From assembly GCA_965233865.1 (NCBI GenBank), contig OZ247587.1, positions 1,120,001-1,184,000 on the forward strand: a stretch of DNA of 64,000 bases. Direction: 5' to 3'. The notes below the pieces were generated by a model. The model did not search any database. It was not told the DNA's origin and was given only the letters and a program-made list of their open reading frames with translations. Made by a program: the position numbers and the translations under genes. This stretch comes from Candidatus Neptunichlamydia sp. GTDB taxonomy: Bacteria; Chlamydiota; Chlamydiia; Chlamydiales; Simkaniaceae. Below, piece after piece: positions 1-8,410 of this stretch (its first letter is position 1; every line of letters starts with the position of its first letter).

Positions 1-957
1 GTTGTTTCTGATTCTGATTTCCTTGCTTTTGCACGCACAATCAATCTCCCTAAAAGAGGAATTGGGCAAGCCACTCTTGTAAAACTTCGAGATGCCGCTG
101 AAAATAGCTCCCTTCCTATCCTAACTCTTGTAAGAAAACTTCTTTCAAGAGAAACAGAGGTTGTGAAGCTAACTAAGAAAGTTGAAGAGGGAATCACCGA
201 TTACCTCCACACCCTCCGCACCCTCAAAGAGATGCTTTCCGACGATAAACCTCTTGAAGAGATCATTCAAGCGGCTATTGAAAACTCAAACTATGAATGT
301 GTCCTCCGTGAAGACCCCGAAACACACGAAGACCGAAAAAGCAATCTCGAAGCTCTTATTAATAAATCAGCTGAATGGAGTAGCGAAAGAGAAACTCCCA
401 CTCTAGTCGCCTTTCTTGAAGAGCTTTCCCTTAAGTCAAGCCTTGATGATCGGCCCGCTTATGATTCTGTCCGAATGATGACCCTCCACAACGGCAAGGG
501 ACTAGAATTTTCCCTCACCTTTATTGTAGGAATGGAAGAAGATCTCTTTCCACATATTAACTCTAAGGATTCAGTTGAAACCCTGGAGGAAGAACGACGC
601 CTATGCTACGTCGGGATGACACGAGCAAAGCAATTTCTCTATCTCACTGCATCAATATATCGGTTTATGTGGGGAACCTCAAAAGTGATGTGTCCCTCTC
701 GCTTCCTCAAAGAAGTCCCACAGCATTTCCTTATCTCTTTTTCTGAAGAAGATCTCATCGAAACAGATGATGACTGGGGGGAAGAGACAGGCTTTAAAGC
801 AGGAACCACTGTATTCCATAAAGATTTTGGAAAAGGGATTATCAAAAAATCTTACAAAACATCACTAGGCCTCACCTACGATGTCGAATTTCTCGAGTCA
901 AACTCGACCCGCTCACTCGTTGGTAAATATGCCAAGTTTAAAGTCTGCACAGAATAG
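1..957 (+). CDS. uvrD: ATP-dependent DNA helicase UvrD/PcrA, 5'-partial (begins before the window)
   Basis: Frame +1 is open from base 1 (VVSDSDFLAFARTINLPKRGIG). It carries the SF1 motifs MTLHNGKGLEF and EEERRLCYVGMTRAK and a C-terminal Tudor-like VFHKDFGKG. Confidence 0.95.
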   Translation, partial: VVSDSDFLAFARTINLPKRGIGQATLVKLRDAAENSSLPILTLVRKLLSRETEVVKLTKKVEEGITDYLHTLRTLKEMLSDDKPLEEIIQAAIENSNYECVLREDPETHEDRKSNLEALINKSAEWSSERETPTLVAFLEELSLKSSLDDRPAYDSVRMMTLHNGKGLEFSLTFIVGMEEDLFPHINSKDSVETLEEERRLCYVGMTRAKQFLYLTASIYRFMWGTSKVMCPSRFLKEVPQHFLISFSEEDLIETDDDWGEETGFKAGTTVFHKDFGKGIIKKSYKTSLGLTYDVEFLESNSTRSLVGKYAKFKVCTE

Positions 958-972
958 AAACCAGCTTAAAAC

Positions 973-1200
973 TCACTTCCATGCTTCGCTCTTAAAAGAG
1001 GCGGTTGCCTGTTTTTTTAAAGAGACTCCTTCGTCTGTTTCGTCACCCTTATGGGTAATACTGTCATCACGAGGCTCTTCACTTTGTTTACCAATATAGC
1101 AACTTACAATACCATCTTTTGTGTCGCTCACTGGGCCACTCATATCAGGCGCCCCTGCAAAGAGTGAAAATATAACACTCGTTAAAGGGAGTAATTCCAT
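973..1200 (-). CDS. Small hypothetical protein with N-terminal hydrophobic signal (75 aa)
   Basis: ATG at 1200 is preceded by GAGG. MELLPLTSVIFSLFAGAP resembles a signal peptide. This is the 3' part of ORF 973..1332. Confidence 0.45.
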   Translation of the reverse strand: MELLPLTSVIFSLFAGAPDMSGPVSDTKDGIVSCYIGKQSEEPRDDSITHKGDETDEGVSLKKQATASFKSEAWK

Positions 1201-1417
1201 TTTTTTCCTCATTTTCTTTTCCCTGCTTTGACATCGCTTCAAACGTCTCACAGGAACGTTCACGGTACCGCTGAATAAGAAGATTTTTAAGATTATAGCT
1301 ATATTTTTCTCGATAGCGGAGATAATTATCATTCTGATTCTCTACAGAGAAATGGGCGAAAGGGATCCCTGCCAGAAAAACGCCTGCAACTATAATAATG
1401 GCGATTGGCTTTTTCAT
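1145..1417 (-). CDS. Small hypothetical exported/membrane protein (90 aa)
   Basis: MKKPIAIIIVAGVFLAGIPFAHFS is signal-like; AAGGA lies upstream; divergent from rpoN. Confidence 0.55.
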   Translation of the reverse strand: MKKPIAIIIVAGVFLAGIPFAHFSVENQNDNYLRYREKYSYNLKNLLIQRYRERSCETFEAMSKQGKENEEKNGITPFNECYIFTLCRGA

Positions 1418-1525
1418 CTTTCGTTATCCTTTATCAAAATGCTTTTATTGCGATCGATTGTTGTCATTTACAATTTGTTTCACAAGTATTTTTTTTCTGA
1501 TATATAAGAAAAGTAGAGGGGGGAA

Positions 1526-2767
1526 ATGGGAAGAGATCTTCATTTCAGTCAGTGTGTTCAACAAGACCAACGCTTAATTATGAGCGTTGCGATGGAACGC
1601 GCCTTTCACGTTCTTCAACTTTCCACAGAAGAACTTGCTGATTGGCTAGAGCAGGAAATTGAACAGAACCCTGTACTGGATCTGCCCCGTAGCCCTGCTA
1701 AGGAATTCGATCCTTCTTCTACGCCTTCAAAGCCAAGCCTCTACGACCATTTGCTCTTTCAAGTTGCAATGCACTTCACCGTCGAGGAGGAAAAAGAAAT
1801 TGCCTATTATTTTGCCGGCTCCCTTAATAGAAAAGGGATGCTAACTCTTTCAACGGAAGAAGTTAAGGGAAAAGAAAAAATTCTTCATGTCTTTCAGCGA
1901 ATGGAACCCAAAGGGGTAGGGGCTCGCTCTGTTCAAGAAGCTCTTCTTATTCAACTCGAAGAAAGGGGTCATTCCCTTGCCTATACTCTCATTTTGAATA
2001 ACTATCATGATCTCCTTCATCTCCGACTCCAAAAGATTGCAAGAGAAATGAATCTTACCTTAAGCAAAGTTAAAGCTATCATTCACAAACAGATCCGCCC
2101 CCTCAACCCTTTCCCTGCTAGTGGCTATCAAGATGAAGCAAATCCCATTCTTACAGCAGATGTTACCCTCCACAATAAAGAAAATGTATGGAGCGTTGAA
2201 GTGAATGACTCCATATTGCCGCCAATTCAAATCCACCCCTATTATCTCAATGCATTGGAAGAAAAAGAATTAAAAAATGATGAGATAGCTTTAATCAGAC
2301 GCCATTTGTCTGCAGGAAAGTGGCTGGTTCGGATCATAGATCGCCGGAAGAAAACGCTTCAAGAAATTGCTACCTATCTATTGAAGAGAGAGACGGATTA
2401 TTTTGAAGGAATTACTTCTGCCCCCACGCCACTTACAATGAAAGAGGTAGCAAAAGCTCTTTCTCTTAGCGAATCAACGATCACTCGAGCTATTGCTAAT
2501 AAGGCCCTAGCTACCCCCAGAGGTTTGCTGACATTCCGAAGTTTTTTTGATCAAGGTCTCAGATCCATAAAAGGAGGGGTTTCAAGTAAAGAAGCAAAGG
2601 ACCTCCTTCTCAAGCTTATTAAGCAGGAAGAGGTTCCTATTTCAGACGAAACTCTCTCTAAACAGCTTCTATCTCGGGGAATCCAATGCGCTAGACGCAC
2701 TGTTACAAAATACCGAAAGGAACTTAAGATCGGATCAGCATCTCAACGGAAGTTGTGGAAACCCTAG
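1526..2767 (+). CDS. rpoN: RNA polymerase sigma-54 factor
   Basis: Region I LQLSTEEL..EIEQNPVL, HTH SESTITRAIANK and RpoN box ARRTVTKYR; strong G-rich SD. Confidence 0.95.
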   Translation: MGRDLHFSQCVQQDQRLIMSVAMERAFHVLQLSTEELADWLEQEIEQNPVLDLPRSPAKEFDPSSTPSKPSLYDHLLFQVAMHFTVEEEKEIAYYFAGSLNRKGMLTLSTEEVKGKEKILHVFQRMEPKGVGARSVQEALLIQLEERGHSLAYTLILNNYHDLLHLRLQKIAREMNLTLSKVKAIIHKQIRPLNPFPASGYQDEANPILTADVTLHNKENVWSVEVNDSILPPIQIHPYYLNALEEKELKNDEIALIRRHLSAGKWLVRIIDRRKKTLQEIATYLLKRETDYFEGITSAPTPLTMKEVAKALSLSESTITRAIANKALATPRGLLTFRSFFDQGLRSIKGGVSSKEAKDLLLKLIKQEEVPISDETLSKQLLSRGIQCARRTVTKYRKELKIGSASQRKLWKP

Positions 2768-4232
2768 ATTCTTCAAATGATAGCCCTACTCTATAGCAAT
2801 CGATTTCATCTGCCCAAGCTCTAATAAGCCCATGAACAGAGTAAAAAGACAGTTTTTTTATGTCTTTTTCAAGGTCCAGACGGCGATAGAGCCCCATTTG
2901 AAGGGCGTCCGGGTTCTTGAATGAACCTTTCCCTCGGCGAATATTCCAAGAATAGATTCCTTCTTGCGGGATTTCTCTATCTTCTCTTGAAAGATGAAAA
3001 TAGAATCCATAGGCATGAGTCTTTTGCATGGCTGCGATACAAACCGGGAGGGAAATAGCTTCGGAAACCTTCACTTGATCTGTTGAAAAAAGGACATAGA
3101 GGGAGGACTCCGCATTCCGCCAAAGAGATTGAAGAATAGCCTTTTTTAAATGCGCTTCGCCGTAGTCTGAAGAGCGGGTAAACCGTACTCCACTATGTGC
3201 TTGTTTCATCATTTCATAATCATTAAAGTTCTTCTCAGTGCATTGATAAATCACGTGGATCATGGCGATTCCATTTAGATTTTTTTCACATGAAGCCAAA
3301 CAATCATCAAGTTGCATAGGGGAATCTTCAGAAAGGAGAACAAGATCTACTAGAGCTTCTCTACAGGGCTGCTCCAAGGCTGCTTTTACAGGATCAGCTC
3401 TAAAAGCTATTCTTCTGTTCTTTCGATTTCCTTTAAATTTTTCATTATGAACGTATAAGACATCGGGGATAAAGCGGACATGTGCTTTTGCAAGTTCAGC
3501 CATCGGGATTAACAGCGCATTTTCATCCTTAATCGAGATAAAAAAGCCTGTTTCAATATGAATCTTCTTGAAAAGGCCTGCATAATATGTTTTCAGTGGT
3601 GCAACAACCCATGGAGCACGCTGGACCCTTTTTTTGTAGAGGATCTTCTTTGGTTTAGGATCATGAATTCCCTTTTCCAGATTCATATAATCGATGTACT
3701 GTCCATAGGTAAGCCAAACATCGGGGTTAGTATAATTCTGATTTAAACGGGTAAGAACATCTTCATGAGCTAACCAGTCATGTCCATAGAGGTGAATAAT
3801 CACCTCATCATCATTAGAATGGGAAACAAGATTGTAATACCTCTCGTAAACCTGATGATCATATTCGCATTCAATTAAGGACATTTTACAATCTTTTTTC
3901 TCCACTGCTTTCTGAATTTGAGCTGTTGTGCCATCATTTGATTGCTGATCAATGTAAACAACTCGAAAGTTTGAATATTTCTGCATGAGGACCGAATCAA
4001 TATTTTGATCAATTGAATCAATATTATTATGAGTTAATATAATGAAAGTAAATGATTTATCTTCGTCCGGTTCTATTTCAATAAAGGCAAAGTCTTCTGC
4101 AGGAATGATCCGAGTTTCCTTCTTCGATTTGATCAACCGATACTCTCTAACAAAAAAGATCGGCAGCAATAGAATAATAAATAGTATAAAAAGTCTATGT
4201 GTTAATGACTTTTCTCTTTTAGTCCCTTTCAT
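2724..4232 (-). CDS. Membrane-anchored GT2-like protein with a second GT-A-like domain; catalytic motifs degenerate
   Basis: N-terminal TM helix; SVLMQKYSNFRVVYIDQQSNDGT and HLYGHDWLAH (the family usually has IDDxS and DGDD); paralogous to 8411..10015. Confidence 0.7.
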   Translation of the reverse strand: MKGTKREKSLTHRLFILFIILLLPIFFVREYRLIKSKKETRIIPAEDFAFIEIEPDEDKSFTFIILTHNNIDSIDQNIDSVLMQKYSNFRVVYIDQQSNDGTTAQIQKAVEKKDCKMSLIECEYDHQVYERYYNLVSHSNDDEVIIHLYGHDWLAHEDVLTRLNQNYTNPDVWLTYGQYIDYMNLEKGIHDPKPKKILYKKRVQRAPWVVAPLKTYYAGLFKKIHIETGFFISIKDENALLIPMAELAKAHVRFIPDVLYVHNEKFKGNRKNRRIAFRADPVKAALEQPCREALVDLVLLSEDSPMQLDDCLASCEKNLNGIAMIHVIYQCTEKNFNDYEMMKQAHSGVRFTRSSDYGEAHLKKAILQSLWRNAESSLYVLFSTDQVKVSEAISLPVCIAAMQKTHAYGFYFHLSREDREIPQEGIYSWNIRRGKGSFKNPDALQMGLYRRLDLEKDIKKLSFYSVHGLIRAWADEIDCYRVGLSFEESRVSTTSVEMLIRS

Positions 4233-4280
4233 TTTATTACACTCTCTTTATAGTTTGAATAACTAGAGGGAGAGGGCTTG

Positions 4281-5096
4281 TCAACAGAATTGAGCTAAAA
4301 TCTGCCTAATGCGTGGTGATTTTGGAACCTCATCTTCCAAATATTCGAGGAGCTTTTCAATGGGTTGTGTTGCAAACTTTTGGATCTCAGAATCTTTTAA
4401 TCGAAGCACAATAGGAAATGTGTATTTTTGATTAGGAAATATTTGATAAAGTTTTTTGAGAGCTTTTTTTAGTATTCTTCGGTCCCTAATCAATGCCGCG
4501 AATCTAAAGGCTAAATCGACAAAAGGAATCACCGTCACAATCCTAATAATAGGAAAGAATGGAGAAGATAAAAAAAAGAGAGAGGTCATTTGAACAACTA
4601 ATGAAAGCAAAGTCAGTGAGATAAAGAAAAGTGCATGACTGGGTTTACGAAATAAAGGGCCCAAAAACTGACGCCACCTAGAAGTAGAATGTTCATACGC
4701 AAGAATCTCTTCGAAACAAGGTTCATCAAAAGCCACACGGAGCGCATGCAAAGTCTCATGATTTAATACTTCGTCCCTTGAATAGAAAAGAAACTTCCCC
4801 TTTTTGAACCTCTTCCGAAGTTGAATAAGAGGGGGTTTTTCACCAAAGACCCAAAGCGCTGCGCCCTGCCAAGGGAGAAGCCCCCGGTTTGAATATGTCA
4901 TCGGAATCCATTTTGGGGAAACTCCATAGAGCTCTTCGCATTGAGGCTCCCACTCTTCCAGGATTTTTCCATCAATTTCTTGTTTTTTTTGGCTTCGGAG
5001 AATGTCAATCCGCTTGACAAAATCCCCCTCAGTTTCATCCGGACCAGGGATAATCCCTTCTTTCCCTAATAACTTTAGTTCCTCTTTAGTTAGCAT
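4281..5096 (-). CDS. Conserved chlamydial membrane protein with HExxH motif
   Basis: HETLH..R..FDEPCFEE motif and two C-terminal TM helices. From memory it resembles the hypothetical next to topA in other Chlamydiae. Confidence 0.65.
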   Translation of the reverse strand: MLTKEELKLLGKEGIIPGPDETEGDFVKRIDILRSQKKQEIDGKILEEWEPQCEELYGVSPKWIPMTYSNRGLLPWQGAALWVFGEKPPLIQLRKRFKKGKFLFYSRDEVLNHETLHALRVAFDEPCFEEILAYEHSTSRWRQFLGPLFRKPSHALFFISLTLLSLVVQMTSLFFLSSPFFPIIRIVTVIPFVDLAFRFAALIRDRRILKKALKKLYQIFPNQKYTFPIVLRLKDSEIQKFATQPIEKLLEYLEDEVPKSPRIRQILAQFC

Positions 5097-6153
5097 TGTT
5101 TCTTTTTCTAATCGTGTTGAGCTGAATCAATAGACCTGCAAAAAGAGCCAGATTTGCAATCAAGATTACCGCATTAAAGAGAAGAATCTGGTTATTCTTA
5201 CGAGAAATCGAGGCAAGACGCCTTTTAACGTTTCTCTCAAATTTTGTCTCATCTTCAAACCATGTTGAAGCATAGTAATGGTGGGCAAAAAGAGAGAAAT
5301 CTTCATCAATGCGATTGAAGTAGGCTGCCGGGAAGACAATATCCTTTGTTTCACCCTTTCCAGAGAGTTCTCTTGCAGCATCATCAAAAGAAGACCAACT
5401 ACGATATGCCACGCGATAGATAATAGACTCCTTGTCATCCCCAGGGAAAGCAGCAGAGATTTCATCCCAACGTTCTTTCACATTATCTATGCTCTTCTTA
5501 AGAACTGGATGCCTTGGATGAGCTCCTACAATATTGTTGTTCACAGAGATCGAACTGCTAAGTACAGGTTCATGAGGAGCTTCTAAGCCGCAATATAGAT
5601 GGTAGTTATGATGGAAAGGAGCAAAAGATTTATAACATTTCACATCATGATCAACATAAACTCCTCCTTCCTGATTAAGGATCTCGTACCTGAGAAGCTC
5701 TGACTTTTCAGCGTAGTTATCAGATTCTTCATAACAATATTTCAATGACTCGAAACTGAAATCCGCAACGAGCTTTATTTCCATATTTTTATTTGGAAGA
5801 GGACGCTTACGATCTGTCCAAAATTTGACTGTCCAGTCGGGGTGTTTTTCAACCCAAGAGTTCACATTCTCAATAGACTCCTTAGGAAAGGTGTTTGGCC
5901 CAACCCAAATAAAATGGATGATTTTTGGAATTTTAACCTCATCTTCTTTCAGAAATTGCAATGCATTGTTCTGTTCATACAGTGCTTTGAAAAGGCAAAT
6001 ATTTTGGTAATCTTCGTGCGTTTCAACAAATTTCCAAACACTCTTACTGGATCCCATCAACATGTTGAAATCATCACTCTGTTTAAGCTCATTTTTTTTC
6101 TCACAAGCAAATATAAGAAAAAAAAGAGGAATTAAAACCCTAAACAATTTCAT
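5086..6153 (-). CDS. GT32/DXD-family glycosyltransferase, predicted lipoprotein with C-terminal TM helix
   Basis: IPKIIHFIWVG and SELLRYEILNQEGGVYVDHD motifs; lipobox-like LIFAC; C-terminal hydrophobic helix. Confidence 0.85.
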   Translation of the reverse strand: MKLFRVLIPLFFLIFACEKKNELKQSDDFNMLMGSSKSVWKFVETHEDYQNICLFKALYEQNNALQFLKEDEVKIPKIIHFIWVGPNTFPKESIENVNSWVEKHPDWTVKFWTDRKRPLPNKNMEIKLVADFSFESLKYCYEESDNYAEKSELLRYEILNQEGGVYVDHDVKCYKSFAPFHHNYHLYCGLEAPHEPVLSSSISVNNNIVGAHPRHPVLKKSIDNVKERWDEISAAFPGDDKESIIYRVAYRSWSSFDDAARELSGKGETKDIVFPAAYFNRIDEDFSLFAHHYYASTWFEDETKFERNVKRRLASISRKNNQILLFNAVILIANLALFAGLLIQLNTIRKRNNAN

Positions 6154-7250
6154 GATTCCTTCTTTTTTATCTCTCTGTTAATAAGAACGTATAAAACAAA
6201 ACACCCCATCAAAGCAAGCAAACTAAATAGCTCAACCTTAATAATTTTTGCATCACGATTTCTCAAAGAACGTAGTGACTGCAAAAAACATCTTTCATTG
6301 GGAGATTCATTAAGATCATGCCAAGTGGTTCCATAAAGATGTTCTGAATAGAAACCTGGAAGCCCATGCTTTGGGTAAAAGTAGCAAGCAGGGAAGATTA
6401 TATCTGTGTTTTCTGGATGATTGAGACCCGTACTAAAAGCATGGGTCATAGCAATTAAAGTGCGATGCACAACACGCCTTGCCTGAGCCAGGGGATTTGT
6501 TGATGAGAAATTTTCTGTTACATCGTCCCAACGATCTAAGACTTTCTTAATTGCTTCTTTCATCACAGGATGATGGGGCTTTGCACCAATGATTCCAATC
6601 CCAGCTGTCACCGCCAGGTTATCGATTCCTTCATGGGGTATCTCTAAACACGCATAAAAATCATACCCGGTATTGAGTCCATGAAAAGGCCGAAGGCACT
6701 TTGCATCGTGATCGATATAAATCCCCCCAAGTTGATAGAGAATTTCATAACGCCAAATATCTGATTTTTCTCCCCAATTATTTGATTCTTCAAATTTCTC
6801 TTTTAGATATAAGAAGTTGAAATCTTCCACATACCGAACCTCCATTTCTCGACAAGGAGGAGGGCGTTTTCTATCAGTCCAAAAAATGAATGCCCAATCT
6901 GGATGGTGAGCCTTCCAAGTGCGAATAATTTCTACCGATCTTGAGGGGAACGGTTTGGGACCGATCCAAATCAAGTGAATTGTTTTAGGAATTTTGAAAA
7001 TGGGGCTTGAGTTGAACTGATACTGCTGATTTTTCTTATATAGAGTCTTAAAGTACTCAATATCTTTGTAATCTCTTTTTGTCTGAATATAGCCCCAATC
7101 ACCTGTGCCACTCCCCTCAAGTTCTTCGAATGGGTGTTGAAGGGTTAAATTTTTAAATGTGAGGGCCTTGCTTTTCTTAAAGTTATTAGAAAAAACATAG
7201 AAGAACACAAGAGGGCAGATAAATAATAAGAGTATCAGTTCTTTTTTCAG
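6150..7250 (-). CDS. GT32/DXD-family glycosyltransferase; start probably CTG at 7250 (ORF track: GTG 7208)
   Basis: IPKTIHLIWIG and SDIWRYEILYQLGGIYIDHD. The in-frame upstream extension KKELILLLFICPLVFFYVF forms a signal anchor; C-terminal TM helix. Confidence 0.8.
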   Translation of the reverse strand: MKKELILLLFICPLVFFYVFSNNFKKSKALTFKNLTLQHPFEELEGSGTGDWGYIQTKRDYKDIEYFKTLYKKNQQYQFNSSPIFKIPKTIHLIWIGPKPFPSRSVEIIRTWKAHHPDWAFIFWTDRKRPPPCREMEVRYVEDFNFLYLKEKFEESNNWGEKSDIWRYEILYQLGGIYIDHDAKCLRPFHGLNTGYDFYACLEIPHEGIDNLAVTAGIGIIGAKPHHPVMKEAIKKVLDRWDDVTENFSSTNPLAQARRVVHRTLIAMTHAFSTGLNHPENTDIIFPACYFYPKHGLPGFYSEHLYGTTWHDLNESPNERCFLQSLRSLRNRDAKIIKVELFSLLALMGCFVLYVLINREIKKKES

Positions 7251-8407
7251 ATCTTACCTTTTAAAAAAATTTTAATTTTTTCATTTTTGGCCTGTTCCAG
7301 GGAAATAGTATCCACATTAGAGTCCTGCTTATTTCTCCATTCTTTTTCCATAGCATGGCTTCTTTTATTCATCGCGCTAAGCTGCATCCAAAGTCCTGAA
7401 AAAAGAGCCAAGTTCACAGTTAAGATCACTCCGCTAAAGAGGAGAATCTGGTTATTCTTACGAGAGATTGAAACAAGCCGCCTCCTAACATTTCTCTCGA
7501 ATTTTGTCTCATCTTCAAACCACGTTGAGTCGTAATAGTGGTGAGCAAACAGAGAAATAGCATCATCAATACGGTTAAAGTAAGCTGCCGGAAAAGCAAT
7601 ATCTTTTGTTGCACCTTTCCCGATAAGCTCTCTTACAGAGTCTCCAAAGGAAGACCAACTACGCTGCGCCACGCGATAGATAATTGATTCCTTATCATTA
7701 CCTGGATAAGCAGCAGAAATCTTATTCCAGCGCTCTTTCACATGCTTAATAGTTTTCTTAAGAATTGGGTGTTTTGGGCAGGTTCCAATAACATTATTAT
7801 TCACAGAGATCGAGCTGCTAAGCACCGGTTCATGAGGAGGCTCCAAACCACAATATAGATCGAAGTTATGGTGGAATGGCGCAAAGGATTTAAAACACTT
7901 TACGTCATGATCAACATAAAGCCCTCCCTCGTGGTAAAGAATCTCGTACCTGAGAAGGTCAGATTTTTCGGCGTAGTTGTCAGACTCCTCGTAATAGGCC
8001 CCCAGCACTTCAAAAGTAAAATCTGAAATGAGATTCAATTCCATATTTCTGTTTGGAAGGGGTCGCCTACGGTCTGTCCAAAATTTGATTATCCAATCAG
8101 GGTGCTTTTCAATCCAAGACTTCACATTCTCAACACCCTCCTTGGGAAAAGGGTTCGGTCCAACCCAAATTAAGTGGATGACCTTAGGAATCCTGTTCTC
8201 AACACCCTTCAAAAACTGCAGTTTGCTATTCTTCTCGTATAGCTCGGTAAAAAGCCGAATATTTTGATGATCTTCATGGGTTTCAACAAAATTCCAAACG
8301 CTTTTGTTGGACCCCATCAAAGTCTTGAAGTCATCGCTATGTTTAAATGCATTTTTTCTCGCGCGGGCAGACGAGAAAGCACGTAGTAGGTTCAACGCTT
8401 TTTTCAA
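7247..8407 (-). CDS. GT32/DXD-family glycosyltransferase, close paralog of 5086..6153
   Basis: IPKVIHLIWVG and SDLLRYEILYHEGGLYVDHD; long stretches nearly identical to 5086..6153; TTG start. Confidence 0.85.
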   Translation of the reverse strand: MKKALNLLRAFSSARARKNAFKHSDDFKTLMGSNKSVWNFVETHEDHQNIRLFTELYEKNSKLQFLKGVENRIPKVIHLIWVGPNPFPKEGVENVKSWIEKHPDWIIKFWTDRRRPLPNRNMELNLISDFTFEVLGAYYEESDNYAEKSDLLRYEILYHEGGLYVDHDVKCFKSFAPFHHNFDLYCGLEPPHEPVLSSSISVNNNVIGTCPKHPILKKTIKHVKERWNKISAAYPGNDKESIIYRVAQRSWSSFGDSVRELIGKGATKDIAFPAAYFNRIDDAISLFAHHYYDSTWFEDETKFERNVRRRLVSISRKNNQILLFSGVILTVNLALFSGLWMQLSAMNKRSHAMEKEWRNKQDSNVDTISLEQAKNEKIKIFLKGKI

Positions 8408-8410
8408 ACC

